Source: Takakia lepidozioides (Eukaryota; Plantae; Bryophyta). From it: a DNA stretch of 64,000 nt. Shown here in pieces: positions 24,313 through 36,606 of the stretch (position 1 is its first letter; every line of letters starts with the position of its first letter). The position numbers were made by a program, and so were the translations under genes. Below the pieces are notes generated by a model, which had not been told where the DNA came from, did no database searches, and was given only the letters and a program-made list of their open reading frames with translations. The stretch covers positions 60,388,001-60,452,000 of the forward strand of contig CM060734.1 in NCBI GenBank assembly GCA_030704615.1, read 5' to 3'.

Positions 24313-25287
24313 TGTTAGAGGACTGTCTGGGACTTACACACTTATACGGGATCTGTGGGGTACCCTTAATTTTTGCACAGACTGAGACCAACAGGAGCCT
24401 TAGGGGTGACAGCAGCACACTTTAGAGGGGGGTTACACAGCCCGTCACAGCCAACACAGCCCGTCACAGTCGTCACAACCGACACAGCCCATCACAGCCA
24501 ACACAGCCTGTCACAGCCGACACAGCCACACAGCCAGTCACAGCCCGACACAGCCAAACACAGTCGCACAGCCAGTCACAGCCCGTCACAGTTTCACACA
24601 GCCAGTCACAGCTTGACACAGCTGTCACGACCATAGGGAACGGATAGCAGGACAGGGAACGACTGTGGGGAACAACACCTGCGAATGGAACATGTTAGTT
24701 CACGGACGACGGTTAGTGAGGGAAACGGTTAGAACAACGGGTAGGAAGATAAAGCGGGAAGCAAGGACTGAAAAGGGGATCATTTCTTGGGCACTTCTTG
24801 GGGGGGAGACTTCGGACATGACTGAGGGGAAATGAGGCAAAGAGCGTATCTCTGGGCAGAAAGAGGGAGAACACGGAGTAGGAGGAGGATGATCTGAGAT
24901 GCTTAATGGAAGCAAGCTATAGAATTGTAATGTAGAGTAGATTAGAGACACCATGACCTTAGCTTGATACTTGATAGATATTAATCTGATACACACTTCA
25001 TACTCACACTGTGTAGAGAGATCTGAGTGAAGTTGTGGAATGAATGGATGAGTTGATGGAATCCGATAGATTAATGAAGCAAACTGATACTTAATTATCA
25101 ATAGTAAGGTAGCTAGCTAACACGAATGCGGAAAGGAAAACAAATAGGAAACACCCCCATGATACACTAGCTGTAGGTCATGACTGATTGTTCTGAGCGG
25201 GCTGAGTACTTAGAGATTTCCAACTCTTCTATCTTGGAGTTTCCGCCTCGGATAGCGAAGGGATGGGTGAGTAAAAGCCGCGCGATA
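24313..25287 (+). repeat. 3' LTR (975 bp)
   Basis: Follows the PPT; TG…TA (CA mutated); matches the solo LTR. Confidence 0.93.
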
Positions 25288-25337
25288 TGTGTCTTCCATC
25301 TTAACTAACTAATGAACAAATTTTAGTCTCGCCAAAC

Positions 25338-25899
25338 TGTCAAGGACGAGAACATGACTGAATACAAACAAGAGATCAGACTAGAGGTACAAGACTAGAC
25401 AAGAAGTCAAGGGTCGGCGTGCCGAATGCATGATGAGTAAATATGAATCAAGACGATCTTTATAACAATGAACAAGAATACAAGATACTGGAACGCGACT
25501 TGAATACTGGAATGCTGGAAACTGGACTGGAATACCAATACTAGAAACTGGGCTAGAGTACTGGGAATTGGACTGGAGTACTGGGAACTGGAAACAAAAG
25601 TAGCTTGAGCTGGTGTTGGCGAGACTGAAGAGTGTCCAGTCTCACCTCCTATATGTACTGGCTACTAGGAGGTTCCCTAAGAGGCTTCCCCAAACGAGGT
25701 TTATTGATGGAGAAGTTTCCTTAAACAAATGAGGTATCTTGATGGAGAAGTTTCCTCCAGAGGAAGCTTCCTGAGCAGTTTCCCAGGTTACTCTCGATAA
25801 TTTGGTAACTAATGATAATTTATGATAAATCATGGTAGATCACGGTAACTTTTGATAACATGATAACCTGATAATTTTTTATATTTACTCCTGGTAAGT
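25338..25899 (-). repeat. Chromovirus-type LTR, diverged relative of 13563-14070
   Basis: Colinear similarity with many substitutions; ends TGACA on the minus strand. Confidence 0.75.
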
Positions 25900-25901
25900 A
25901 T

Positions 25902-28458
25902 ATGACATTGTGGGGGATTGACCAGTATGTGAAAGATTGTTTGTACCAATGGCGTTTCCTACCATTTGGGTTGAAGGATGCTTCTACAGAGTTTCAGAGG
26001 GTCATGGATAAGATTCTTGCAGGCTAGACTTCGCCTTATGCTACATTGATGACATCATCATATTTAGTGCCATGGTTGAGGAGCATGAGAGACATCTTCA
26101 GGTAGTGTTTGAGCGCTTGAGGACGCATTGATTGAAACTGCACCCCGGAAAATGCGAGTTCTTCCACGATCAGATTGAGTATTTGGGCCACATGATATAC
26201 CTTGGAGGATTAGGTGTACAACAGACAAAGGTGGAGGCTATTGCACGCATTCCATTCCCCATAGATGTAAGCAAAGTTCGTGCTTTCATGGGGTTAGCAA
26301 ACTACTATCGTCGGTTTATTAAGGGATTTAGCAACATTGCGAAGGCTCTTACCAAGTTGACCAAAGTGGATCAGGAGTGACAGTGGGAGGAGGAGCAGGA
26401 GGAAGCCTTTGAGGAACTCAATGCTCGATTGACTTCTGCGTCTATTCTGAGGCGGCCTATTCGGGGGCGGTCTTTCCAGCTACATACGGATTGAAGTATG
26501 CTAGGGATTGGAGCAGTGTTCACACAGGTGGATGATGAGGGAAGAGAGTTCGTAGTGGCATATGCTAACCACTCGAACAATGATGCCGAGGCCAAGTATA
26601 GATCCTATGAAGGGGAGTGTTTAGCTGCAGTATGGGCAGTGACACATTTTAGATGCTACATTTATGGCAATTTTCTTCACATTTGTCACGGATCACCAAC
26701 CATTGAAGTGGTTGATGGAGTCAGACAAGCTTATAGGAAAGCTTGCACGGTGGGCACTTATGCTTCAAGAGTACGACCTCTAGGTGGTACATCGAGCCGC
26801 AATAGTCAATCGGGATGCGGATGGATTGAGTCGCAATCCATGCACAAGTGAGCTTGATGATACAAGAGCTCGTTGGCATGGTGAGACAGACGAGGAGATG
26901 GTGCCTGGATGGCACGCATCTGCCTTTTTGGGCATTCTAGCAATGTGAGCTCAAGCTGGTCCATCCCATATGATTGGTCACGTAGGTGGGGTGCATGACG
27001 ATCTGGAGATCAGTGAAGAGTTTGGTGGTGCTAAAGATGTGCATGAAGATGCAGCAGTGTTGGCCTACATTTGTACCGAAGAGACAGTACCTAGTGTGAC
27101 TGCTAAGGAGAGAGATCGGATCCTACAACGAGCCAAGAGGTTCAAGTGGGATGGGACTCACCTACTCCGAGTATGGGAGGATGGATGAATGAGGATTGTG
27201 CCTCATCCAACACAATAAGCGTGATTGGTATGTCATGCCCATCAGGAGTTGGAACATTTTGGGGTGCGGCGCACCCATAGTTTGCTGTAAGGACAGTACT
27301 GGTGGCAGGGCATGCACATGGATATGCAACAGTTAGTGACAAGGTGCATGGTGTGTGATAGAGTGCGGGCTTCTTTCAATGCACCTACATCCTTTACCTA
27401 TTATGTGTTTGGGCTATCGTTGGAGTTTTGACTTCGCAGGCCCATTGCCATTAGCAATTCGTCATAACAAATATGTGCTGGTGATGGTGGAATATTTCTC
27501 CAAGTGGATTAGTGGCTGACAACAAGGCAAGTGAGGAGTCTGCGTATGCATTTTTAGATCGAGTGCTTAGCCAATTTGGTGCTCCAGCCGAGGTACTCAC
27601 GGACCAAGGGAGAGAGTTCTTGGGGGAGTTTCAGGCTTTGTGTGAGCAAGTCTTGATAGACCACCGCACTACTTCTCGAGATCATCCCGAGGCTGATGGT
27701 TTGGCGGAGAGAGTTGTTCAGACAGTCAAGATGGGTTTGCGCAAGTACGGTTTGCAGAAGGGACACCTGGGAGATTGGGACCTTCAGCTGCCTTGGTTGG
27801 CTATGGGCTATAGGTTTAGCAAACAAACGACATTTGCCTCCTTCTCACCTTACTTTCTTCTCTTCGGCCGAGAGTTAGATTGACCTGCATTTATTCGCAG
27901 GGAGGTTGCAAGTAGTCATTGACCTTGATGATCTAGATGTATGGACACAAACATATGACCAGCGGACAAAGTTGTTCAAGAGAGTCATGCCTATGGCTTT
28001 TGAGAACCTTGCTATTGCCCAACACCGAGACACATTGAGATATGCCACCATACGTGGGCGGATATCGACCGAGTGTTTGGAGATTCAACCCTGGGGACTA
28101 TGTGTATCTGCAACAGACATCACCTACAACCTTGGATGTCACAGCAGGGGCGATTCTATGGGTACGGGAGATGTTGCCTTCAGGAGTGTTGATTCTAGAG
28201 GGTCGAGATGGCATGGTATGGAAGGACCATGTGCGTAATTGTGCGCCATGTCACCTTCCACATGTGGATGGGAGGATAGACCCCAACCTTGCAGTCGTAC
28301 CTGCAGGGTTGCGTTGCATGCTATGTGGGTATGCTGGTGGTGCCGCCACCATGCTGGTGTGTGATAAATGTTCAAGGAGGTGGCACATGGGATGCTTGAC
28401 ACCGCCACTTGAGGCGGTTCCTAGCGGAGAATGGTTGCGTTCACGATGCCTTAGATAG
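25902..28458 (+). pseudogene. DNMT-Gypsy family pol: RT C-terminal half, RNase H, integrase, PHD finger
   Basis: WGID…LPFGLK…YIDD; LHTD(W)S…YEGECLAAVW; HQELEHFG…CMVC; TDQGREF; CMLC…CDKC…WHMGCLTPPL. Resumes RT almost exactly where 13562 stops. Confidence 0.9.
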
Positions 28459-28725
28459 AGATAGTGGACATAACAATGGTGAGGTTGACAAGGATGCAAG
28501 GTCTAGCTAGTGGGGGTTCAACGCTATGGATCCCCCAACGAAAGCCATGGATTGCAGGAAGATGACTAACGATGAGGCGACTAATGATGGGGCTACTTTT
28601 GCACTCGGCTTCTTGATCTATCGACTTCGGATACTGGGGACTTGTGCGATTGAAGACCAAGCAGTGATCTTATTAGGGTGGATACTTGTCAGCTATCTGG
28701 TGTTAGAGGGACCTAATCACCAGCT

Positions 28726-28870
28726 GGGGGGCGATTGTGGCATAGCTTTCTAGGATTGTGTGCTTAGAATGTATGGTGGACAACGATGTATGTTGTGACA
28801 CGATGCTTAGGTGCACGATAGCTGTCATGGTTTTAGTCATGGTTAACTAGAATTACATACTTCTAGGCCC
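28726..28870 (+). mobile_element. PPT and start of the 3' LTR (from 28736), truncated
   Basis: GGGGGGCGAT-TG; shares GCACGAYAGCTGTCA with the 9029 LTR. Confidence 0.7.
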
Positions 28871-29273
28871 TACTCCACTACAGATTGATCTTGATTTCTC
28901 TGACTTCTAGGAATCTGCTTTCGCTTAGAATGCTATCACCGAATTGATCAAGAAATATTAGGAAGAGGTTGAAATGAAGACGGCTGAAGAGAAACGTTTG
29001 TATCATAAACTGCTTGATTATGGTGCATGTTCTAGTTCTCAAGTTGGACATCACTTTCATCATTGCCAAAATGTCCATGATTCAGGTTCAACGCATTTGA
29101 TCAGACTACAACGACCGGTTTTAGTGTTTGTACGTTTGCAATCATGAACAAATAGATATAACATTAATAAATAGACAACATTGGGCATTATTTTGAATTG
29201 CAAAGTACGATGATGATTTCTTCATATTTGTGTTAAGACAACATGATTTCATGTCAAGCTTCGTGTACATATC

Positions 29274-29709
29274 TGTCAAGTTAAATAAGCACAGTGTGAA
29301 AACAGCTAGAATAAAACTAGTTATTTGTATTTAACACTTGGATTTAGGTCAAGTGTTAAATCAGGTGTCAAGTTTAGTTTGACACCTGGTCCGTCTTATC
29401 TTCACGAGAGCGGCAGTCGCGCGGCTCATCTTTCTCGAGTTGAGCCTGCGCGACCGAGCTCCTGCATGCGTTTAGATCTGAGTGTACTCATGATGGGAGT
29501 GTAGGTTGTTGTGGGGTGGAGTCCCCATAGCTTGGGGTGCCCCTGGCTCGACTACTATTTCTAAGAGTGATGGTTTGGTTTTCATGTTTTGTGTAAACAG
29601 TGTGTTCGAAGATTTTCTATCACTCGAGAAAGATGACTCTATCTAGTTTTCGTGCTAAGCTAGATATGATGTTTTTGTTTTTAAGCACTATTAGAATATA
29701 GCTTGGTCA
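29274..29709 (+). repeat. ~440-bp TG…CA structured repeat
   Basis: Diverged copy of 7308-7756 with identical ends; three hairpins; no TSD. Confidence 0.75.
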
Positions 29710-29831
29710 CGGGGGGCCTGCAGTTAGACTGGCTATGTGTGCCGAGTGGAGCATAATAGGAAGGTGGAAACCATTCGAAGTGTTGCTGCAGCAGTTCAAA
29801 GCCGACAATAATCGCTCTCAATGGCACATGA

Positions 29832-30018
29832 GGGGCTGTCTCCGTCAGCCTGTCTATCCATCAAACCAGCTTTTGCTTTGTGTGTACGCATTTGACTTCC
29901 GGTCACAATGAAGGAGACGAACTTCGGAGGAATGCTGATGTCGCTGAGATTTTGCGCCGGACCACTTTCCCTCGTTCAGTCAAGCTTTCGGGAATAGAGC
30001 TCCCTGAGACAATAATCG
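29832..30018 (+). pseudogene. Type I inositol polyphosphate 5-phosphatase exon fragment
   Basis: GAVSVSLSIHQTSFCFVCTHLTSGHNEGDELRRNADVAEILRRTTFPR…PETI. Confidence 0.8.
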
Positions 30019-30289
30019 CCCCCGACTTCTTCAACTGTTTCCAGAGAACAGAGTGCGAGTTTCTGGAGGAAATGAGCTCGCAGGTGATCAAATCTGTGTA
30101 GTGAAGGAGTATTCTTTAAACAGTTATTTCTTCTCTCCGCGTATGCTGCAGTATCCGCAGTGACTCTGCAGAGAATGGGTGGAAGTTGAGATGAACTACT
30201 GTGCATCACTATGTTCGCGAGCGACGATAGTCTTCGTTTTGGCAGCCTGTCTATTTGCAGGTAATCAGGCAACCAATCAGACCCAAGCA

Positions 30290-30630
30290 TAATTCCAATT
30301 GGGTGCAAGCCTTGTCCTTGGTCAGAACCCCTGGATTTCATCTCCTAATGGCACCTTTGCATGGGGGTTCTATGCCCCTGGCACGGTAGATACTGCCTAC
30401 AATCTTGGCATCCGGTATGCACAACTCTCGCTTCAAACTATCGTGTGGACCCTGAACGCATATCCGGTGGATACAACGGGTGCGTTGGAGCTTAAATCGG
30501 ATGGTGACCTAGTGCTGATTCAGAATTCCTCGCAAGCTGTAATTTGGTCCAGCAACACAAACCAGCTAGGGGTTGTTGGGGCCAGTCTCTTGGACTCTGG
30601 GAACTTTGTCTTGCTAAACGGCAGTGGCGC
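30290..30630 (+). pseudogene. Bulb-type (G-type) lectin domain fragment of an S-domain receptor kinase
   Basis: SPNGTFAWGFY…IVW…LELKSDGDLVL…IWSSNT…LLDSGNFVL; no downstream kinase. Confidence 0.85.
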
Positions 30631-31172
30631 ATTTCGTGAATTCCTGAGGCCCGAAGGCCCAACTTCTAAGCTCTGCCGTTGTCCTTGTTTCCGTGAAGAA
30701 GGGCAATTGCGCATCGTGGGCATGTTTCTCAAGGAACAGGGTAGCCCAAAAGGAAGCTGATGAAGCCCTCAAAAGCAGTGCAACATGGACAAAGGCAGGA
30801 AAGAGATGCGTGAGTGGTGGCTTTTCTTCCTCACCTTGGCTGTCGCACAGCGATCTGTGCGCAGCGATGCTCGAATGTGCGATCGGAGGCGTTGATGGAT
30901 TGCAGTTGATACTGGGTCAGGGTGCCTGCTCGCTCAAGTTGATGGGAATGCGGGGTTGAACTTGGGGGCGGAAAGTGGTTGTTCGCAGTCCCAAAAGGAT
31001 ACTGGAGCTATACATTGAGCAAGGTGTTGAATAGGAACAGCAAGCGGAGATCGTCCAGCGAACTCCGTGACTGAGAGAATGGCAGGCCACCATCACAAAA
31101 AGCAAAATGGGACGCAAAGAAGTGTAGTGAAGGGATAGCTGACAGTTTCAGGGCGCGCAACACTGATGGCAC

Positions 31173-31400
31173 TCAAAGTGTGCTCTTGCTAGCATTTGGA
31201 ACGCTCACTATGCCCACATCTGCAACCAGCTTCAGCTCCCAGTCCACCCACATTTCTGCACCCTCCTCGCCATTTTCGGCCATCTGAGGAGTCTTGTTGC
31301 GACCAGTCTTGAAGGTAGTGTTGCCTCGTCCACCCTGACCTCCTGGCAGCAGCAGCTCTTGCTTCCCTGGAGTTCCAGCAGAACATCGCCATTCCTTCCG
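31173..31400 (-). pseudogene. Obg/CgtA GTPase gene fragment
   Basis: GGQGGRGN…[21 protein letters not shown] (degenerate G1 motif). Confidence 0.8.
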
Positions 31401-31540
31401 TCTTCCCAAAGCCGTGGCCTCTGTGTTGACATTGGCTTCACCTGCTTTAACCTTGGAAAAAGCTATTATGAAGGTTTGAAGAAGGAGTCCAAGGAATTCT
31501 TAGGGAACCTGCAGTGAATCCCAAAAGACGTGGGAACAGT

Positions 31541-33431
31541 TTTTAATGGTGAGAACGTTTTCGTGTTAAAAAAAAAAAAAAAAAAAAACTTTTGATCTAA
31601 TTTAAATGATTTAGAGCCTAACTGGTCATAACTTTGTCAGATGGACTCCGTTTGACTCAGTTTTTGGGAGGATAGCTGCAGAAAGGGGAAATCTACCTAC
31701 CTAGACCTGGTTTCTGTTTTTGGGACTCTGCTAAAAATCTATGGAATTTTTAGAGTGTGAGTGTGCCATAAAAGATCCACAATCCTGTCTCTAGAACCTG
31801 TGCTGGTCTATATGAGAGACAAATCTGTGGATGTACTCCTTGCATGGCTGGGGGAAATGAGGACGTAATTGAAGGGCAGGTCTCTTCTCTTAGCCTGTGC
31901 ACACAAGAGGACAGGATTTATGTTTCCCAAGGAACTCAGACTGATTTGAGTGGAGAACAGTTGGACAAGTTGATTGCATACTGGGAGTCAGGCATTAGCA
32001 GTAGACAACAGACTGCTGTAGTTGGCATTGAGGGCCTCAATATCGCCTTGGACAGTCAGAACTCTGTTGGAGCCAGCAGTTCTGCAGCTGTAGGTGAAAT
32101 ACCAAAGTGGGTGAATGCTAGGCTTGGAACACAGCCAAAGACAGCCCCGGGGACCAAGGTGTTCAGCCACAAGGCCGTGGTGTACTGGAGCAAAGGAGCA
32201 GGAGCTACACAAGTTTGTGCAATCAGACATGGTTGCAGCCCGATACGCTCTACACATGGCAACCACGAGCGGGGGTTCATCAGCAATGACATGTTTGTTG
32301 TGCGTGAAGGAGATGCAGTCATTCGCAATGAGGACACCCGCAACCGTCTCAAAGCTTTCGAGTTGAGAGACTATCAGACCCTACCTTTGTTTTCTTTAGT
32401 GTTCAGTGAGCGGGAGATAGGGGAGTATTGCTTTGTCTCTACCTGGCAGAAAGAGGAGGAGGGTTGGTTAGAGCGAGCTACTGTAGCTTGGGACAAGGTT
32501 AGTGGCAGGTTTCTGGACATAGATATACCTCCTACACCTTACCATCATGCAGAGTGAGGCACTTTGAGAGAAGTCCGGCAGTTGATAGCATAGATCAGGA
32601 TTAGATCTTGCTTGGTCGGGCTTCTATTCTTCCCCTCCATCTCTGTACTATTTTCATTACCTTGTACTTGTAGTTGCCAAAGCCTCTCTTGGTGGAGGCC
32701 AGTCAGTCCGGGGTTTTGGGCTGGGATATTCTGCAGGATCAGCATTGCAGCTGGATTTTGGTGTGGGGGTGTTGATGTTTTGATTTCTTGTGTTTGGATC
32801 CCCCCCAACACCTGCATGCTTGACTGTGCGCCATGTTGGTTTTGTGTGGGCGCTTGCTTTCATAGGGATTAGGCCGGATTTTATCACCGGTCAATCCTAG
32901 AGTATGCTGTCGGTGGTGAGGCTGGAGTGATGACCAGCAAGACCACCAGTGTTTCTTCTATGGTGAGGCTGGGTTGATGACCAGCCAACCATAGGAGTTC
33001 TTGCGGTGGATGCAGGTGCAGGTGCCCTGAGCCATTGGGATATGACCCTTAAAACTGCAACAGGTGCCCACCCGTGTCACTATTAGATTAGTACTAGAGC
33101 CTTATAGTGTCACGTGGAGGAGGTGCACATTGTGAGTGTCATTACGGAGTTACCCAAGGGTGGTGAGGGGAGTACGGCTACAGGCAGTAACAGTGAGAGT
33201 GGGTTCACAAGACGAGGTATTCGGTTCAGACCACCTTCACCGCCACCCTCAATTACTGTAGAGTCAGACACAGACTCGGAGGCTTCATCAACAGGTGTGC
33301 ACTTTCATTCGCCATTGTTGTGGGACGACATGGAGGAGATGTATGGAGCTACCAAGGGGCCTCGTAGGTACTCTGGAGCTGTGGGCACAATCGAGTTGGA
33401 TGACTTTATCCAGGAGTTCGACAGCTGGTGT
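31541..33431 (+). mobile_element. DNMT-Gypsy copy C: 5' region and gag start, truncated
   Basis: Inverted homolog of about 3980-5861; gag 33114-33431 breaks at FDSWC. Confidence 0.88.
31844..32557 (+). CDS. Hypothetical 237-aa ORF, paralog of 4817..5566
   Basis: Same ATG and open frame; ends 12 codons earlier. Confidence 0.45.
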   Translation: MAGGNEDVIEGQVSSLSLCTQEDRIYVSQGTQTDLSGEQLDKLIAYWESGISSRQQTAVVGIEGLNIALDSQNSVGASSSAAVGEIPKWVNARLGTQPKTAPGTKVFSHKAVVYWSKGAGATQVCAIRHGCSPIRSTHGNHERGFISNDMFVVREGDAVIRNEDTRNRLKAFELRDYQTLPLFSLVFSEREIGEYCFVSTWQKEEEGWLERATVAWDKVSGRFLDIDIPPTPYHHAE

Positions 33432-33432
33432 G

Positions 33433-33709
33433 AACCGATCGAGGACCACAGTTCATATCAAATTTCTGGAGGGGATTATTTCACATATTGGATACTAAGA
33501 TCAACCTCTCTGTAGCTAATCATCCACAGACTGATGGTCAAACCGGACGCGTAAACCAAAATTTGGAGCAATATCTTTGTTGTACGATAAATTATCACCA
33601 AGATAATTGGACGGACCTTCTGCCATTAGCTGAGTTTGCCTACAACAACAATATACATTCTTCGACCAAGCAAACTCTATTTTTCTCCAATTATGGTCAT
33701 CATCCTTGA
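33433..33709 (+). pseudogene. Chromovirus-type integrase fragment
   Basis: DRGPQFIS…HPQTDGQT…LPLAEFAYNN. Confidence 0.85.
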
Positions 33710-34470
33710 GTAATCCCTTGTCACATAAAAACTATTGGACTTGGGGGGGGGCACTCCAGCCAGTATGTACCAGCCACGTGCGAGCACAGGAGGAGGTATT
33801 TTAAACCCCCACATGTACAACATTATACATACATAGGAGGGTTTTAAACACCTTAAATTTCAAGCAACGACCGAAGGTCGGAAGCTAGTTTAGTGTAGAG
33901 TAGGAATAGGGTGCCATAGTGCCACGTTTTTGTCGCCACGTTTCATAGCCAAGTTTTGTCGTCAAATTATTTGGAATCTGCCCCGACTGCCCGCCCAAAA
34001 TATGCCAATAAAAATCGCCGTGCCAACTTTTTTGAAACTGCCCGCAATGCCCGGATCTTGATTTCTGGAACTACAGGAGCTATGCGTTTTCCGCCATAGT
34101 TCACCTTGCAAGCTGCAAGCTCTCAACAAAATGAGGACATCCATGCTGAGCTGAAGAGATCGACTTGGCAGATGAAGGATCAAGCATAGAAATGTCTGAA
34201 TGTGGCTTTCAACATTGGGTGAGCCAGTGAGGATTGTGAAGTTCAAGAATATGAGTGATACAGAAACAGAAAACAACTAGATGGTGAACGCTATAGAGAA
34301 GTGTAGTGGAGGGATCTGTTATGGAGAAGGTATTTACTGAAGTTGAGGTCTTGTGAATAGAGCTCACATTGAAGTGAGAAAGCAAAAGTTGAAATTTGAA
34401 CAGAACTGTTTGACTCTGCTTCCAATGGCCTCATTTCAGAGTTGGTTTGAAGTCATAGCAGGGGCGCGGG

Positions 34471-34692
34471 ATGGAGGCCTTGGAGACCTATGAGAAAATG
34501 ATGGGGGAAAGGGTGAAGTGCAACCACATCACGTTTGTGTGCGTTGGCAATGCTTGTGCAAGCCTGGCAGCCCTGGAAAGGGGCAAAGAGGTGCATGGTG
34601 ACATTATCAAAGCTGGAATTGTACCAAATGTCATTTTGGACACTGCCCTGGTGGACATGTATGCGAAATGTGGTAGATGGTCAATTGGATAA
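34471..34692 (+). pseudogene. PLS-class PPR gene fragment
   Basis: ITFVCVGNACASLAALERGKEVH…TALVDMYAKCG. Confidence 0.85.
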
Positions 34693-36420
34693 AGCAGCAG
34701 TAGCAGCACAATTGAATGCATGAAGGCACCTTCTTAAACACATTTCAGCTTGTTTTTCCCTATTATCAGAGTCGTCCCTAAATTTTCATGTTGAATTCTG
34801 CAAGTTAGCTCGTTGGTGGATCTATGGTGGTTGGAGTGATGTTGACATGTTACTGCCAATAACGACCACCCTACCCCCATCCTGCATAATTTGACTCCAC
34901 GTGTGGACCTGGGATTAAACGTTCGAAGTCATATATGTCAGTTACGAAAGACCCTCCCGCTCCATATTGCCATGCCACATGTCATGTCCAGTCTAATCCA
35001 CGTGTTGTCCTGGGGTTAATTTGCAGAAGTCACCCTGTCATGCCATGTGTTGTTCCTGGTATTCACTACCTGTTGTCCTGGGGTTAATCCGCCGAAGTCA
35101 TATATGCCAATCGTGAAGACCTTGTCGCCTTCCCTTTGACGTGACACGTGGCATATCCCTTCCGTTCCACGTAAAGCTCACATGGATTTGCAGTCATTTA
35201 CTACGGTCTTATACATCAGTGACAACTACTGCTAGTGACAACAGCAAGAGCTGTCTGCAAGCCTGCTGATAAATTTGAAACATTGCGCAAAGAACTTGAG
35301 CAAGAAAACGGAAAGATGAGCGCGTTTTTGTCTACTGATAGTGCGGAAGCAGCAGATGTGGTGTCATGTCGTGAGGGTTTGGAAGTTTTGCAGCGTAAGC
35401 TAGACTCCCGGTTGGGCATTGTTGACCACCTTAAGGAATCCATGGAGGGGAGGGAATCGACGCACAAATCGTGCTTGGAGAAGGCTAAGGCCGATGAAGA
35501 TGGGTGGTCTACAGCTTTCGATCGATACAAAGCATGTGAGAGGCAAAAGACAGCTATCGCAAAAAAGCTACAAGCTATGGATCATGGCCTACACAGGCCT
35601 TCACTCACACCTTCTTCTCACTCCAACCTCCATGCTGAAAGTGCAGAACATAGAAGTACTGAATTTCTATCTATTTCTCAATGTGCTTTTTGTGGTAAGG
35701 GATTTAAGCCAGTCTGGGATTGTTTGGACCGTCTTGCGCTCATGCATACCATTCATGGTGTGCACTAGCGCATTTCTCTGTGCTTCATGTGCATGTTTGG
35801 AGAAAGATTGTGGGCAAGAGCTCCACACAAACTGGTGGACTAGTGTGGGCATGAAATGACCGTCAACACTTAGTGATGATGCAACGAAGGGAAGTGGAGA
35901 TTGGGAATATGAACCGACGGACAACGCTTACGCCTATGGTGACCTAATCAAGGGCAAGTCCATGACCTACTCCCTGTTTGTTTTTGTTTGTTGATCCTAC
36001 CCAATTTTGTTCCAAAATTGTGAAATGCATGGCCTTTGGAGTCCATTGTGGCATCCTAAACTCCATGGCATTTCATGATATGCAGCTTCTTTGTCCATTT
36101 CACTATCATGTTCCTATTTAATCACCACTTTCTCTCTGAAGTCCTTGGTGCATCCTGAATTTCATTTCTTTTCCATGAATGTGCCTTATTTGTCCGTGAC
36201 ATTCTATTGTTTTTCCGAGGCAATCACTCCATTCCCTATGGAGTGATTAGGCGTCCCCATTGCCACATCAACAGTGAGCTCCACGACTAGCAGATACGAC
36301 TCTATGGCGCTTACAATTCATTTGTCACAATTGACTGGGTTTATCTGACTCGGCAGTCATGCTGTCATAAAACGATTGGAAAATAGCAGACGTAAAAGCC
36401 GACATCTGTTATAGTGCAAT

Positions 36421-36606
36421 CAGAAGATCGAGTATGAAGTCGACAAAGTCCTAGACTCTCGCATCAAGTATAAACGTCTTGAGTATTTCGTACATTGGAA
36501 AGGCTACGACATCAGCGAACAAACGTGGGAATCTTCATCCAACCTCGCCAATGCATCTGACAAAGTCCAAGAGTTTCATCAACGATATCTAGTTAAGCCC
36601 CGAGCT
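36421..36606 (+). pseudogene. Chromodomain (mirror of 14688-14873)
   Basis: EYEVDKVLDSR…YFVHWKGY…TWE. Confidence 0.88.

Larger units (their letters stand above)
16240..25287 (+). mobile_element. 5'-truncated non-chromovirus Ty3/Gypsy element with two extra 3' ORFs
   Basis: PR-RT-RH-INT order, PPT GAGAGGGGAAGGGG and 3' LTR; no gag or 5' LTR. Confidence 0.92.

Noticed and set aside
9883-25287. One full-length element bounded by the LTRs at 9883 and 24313
   Set aside because: The first LTR has its own GATGG TSD on both sides and no PBS or gag follows, so it is a solo LTR.
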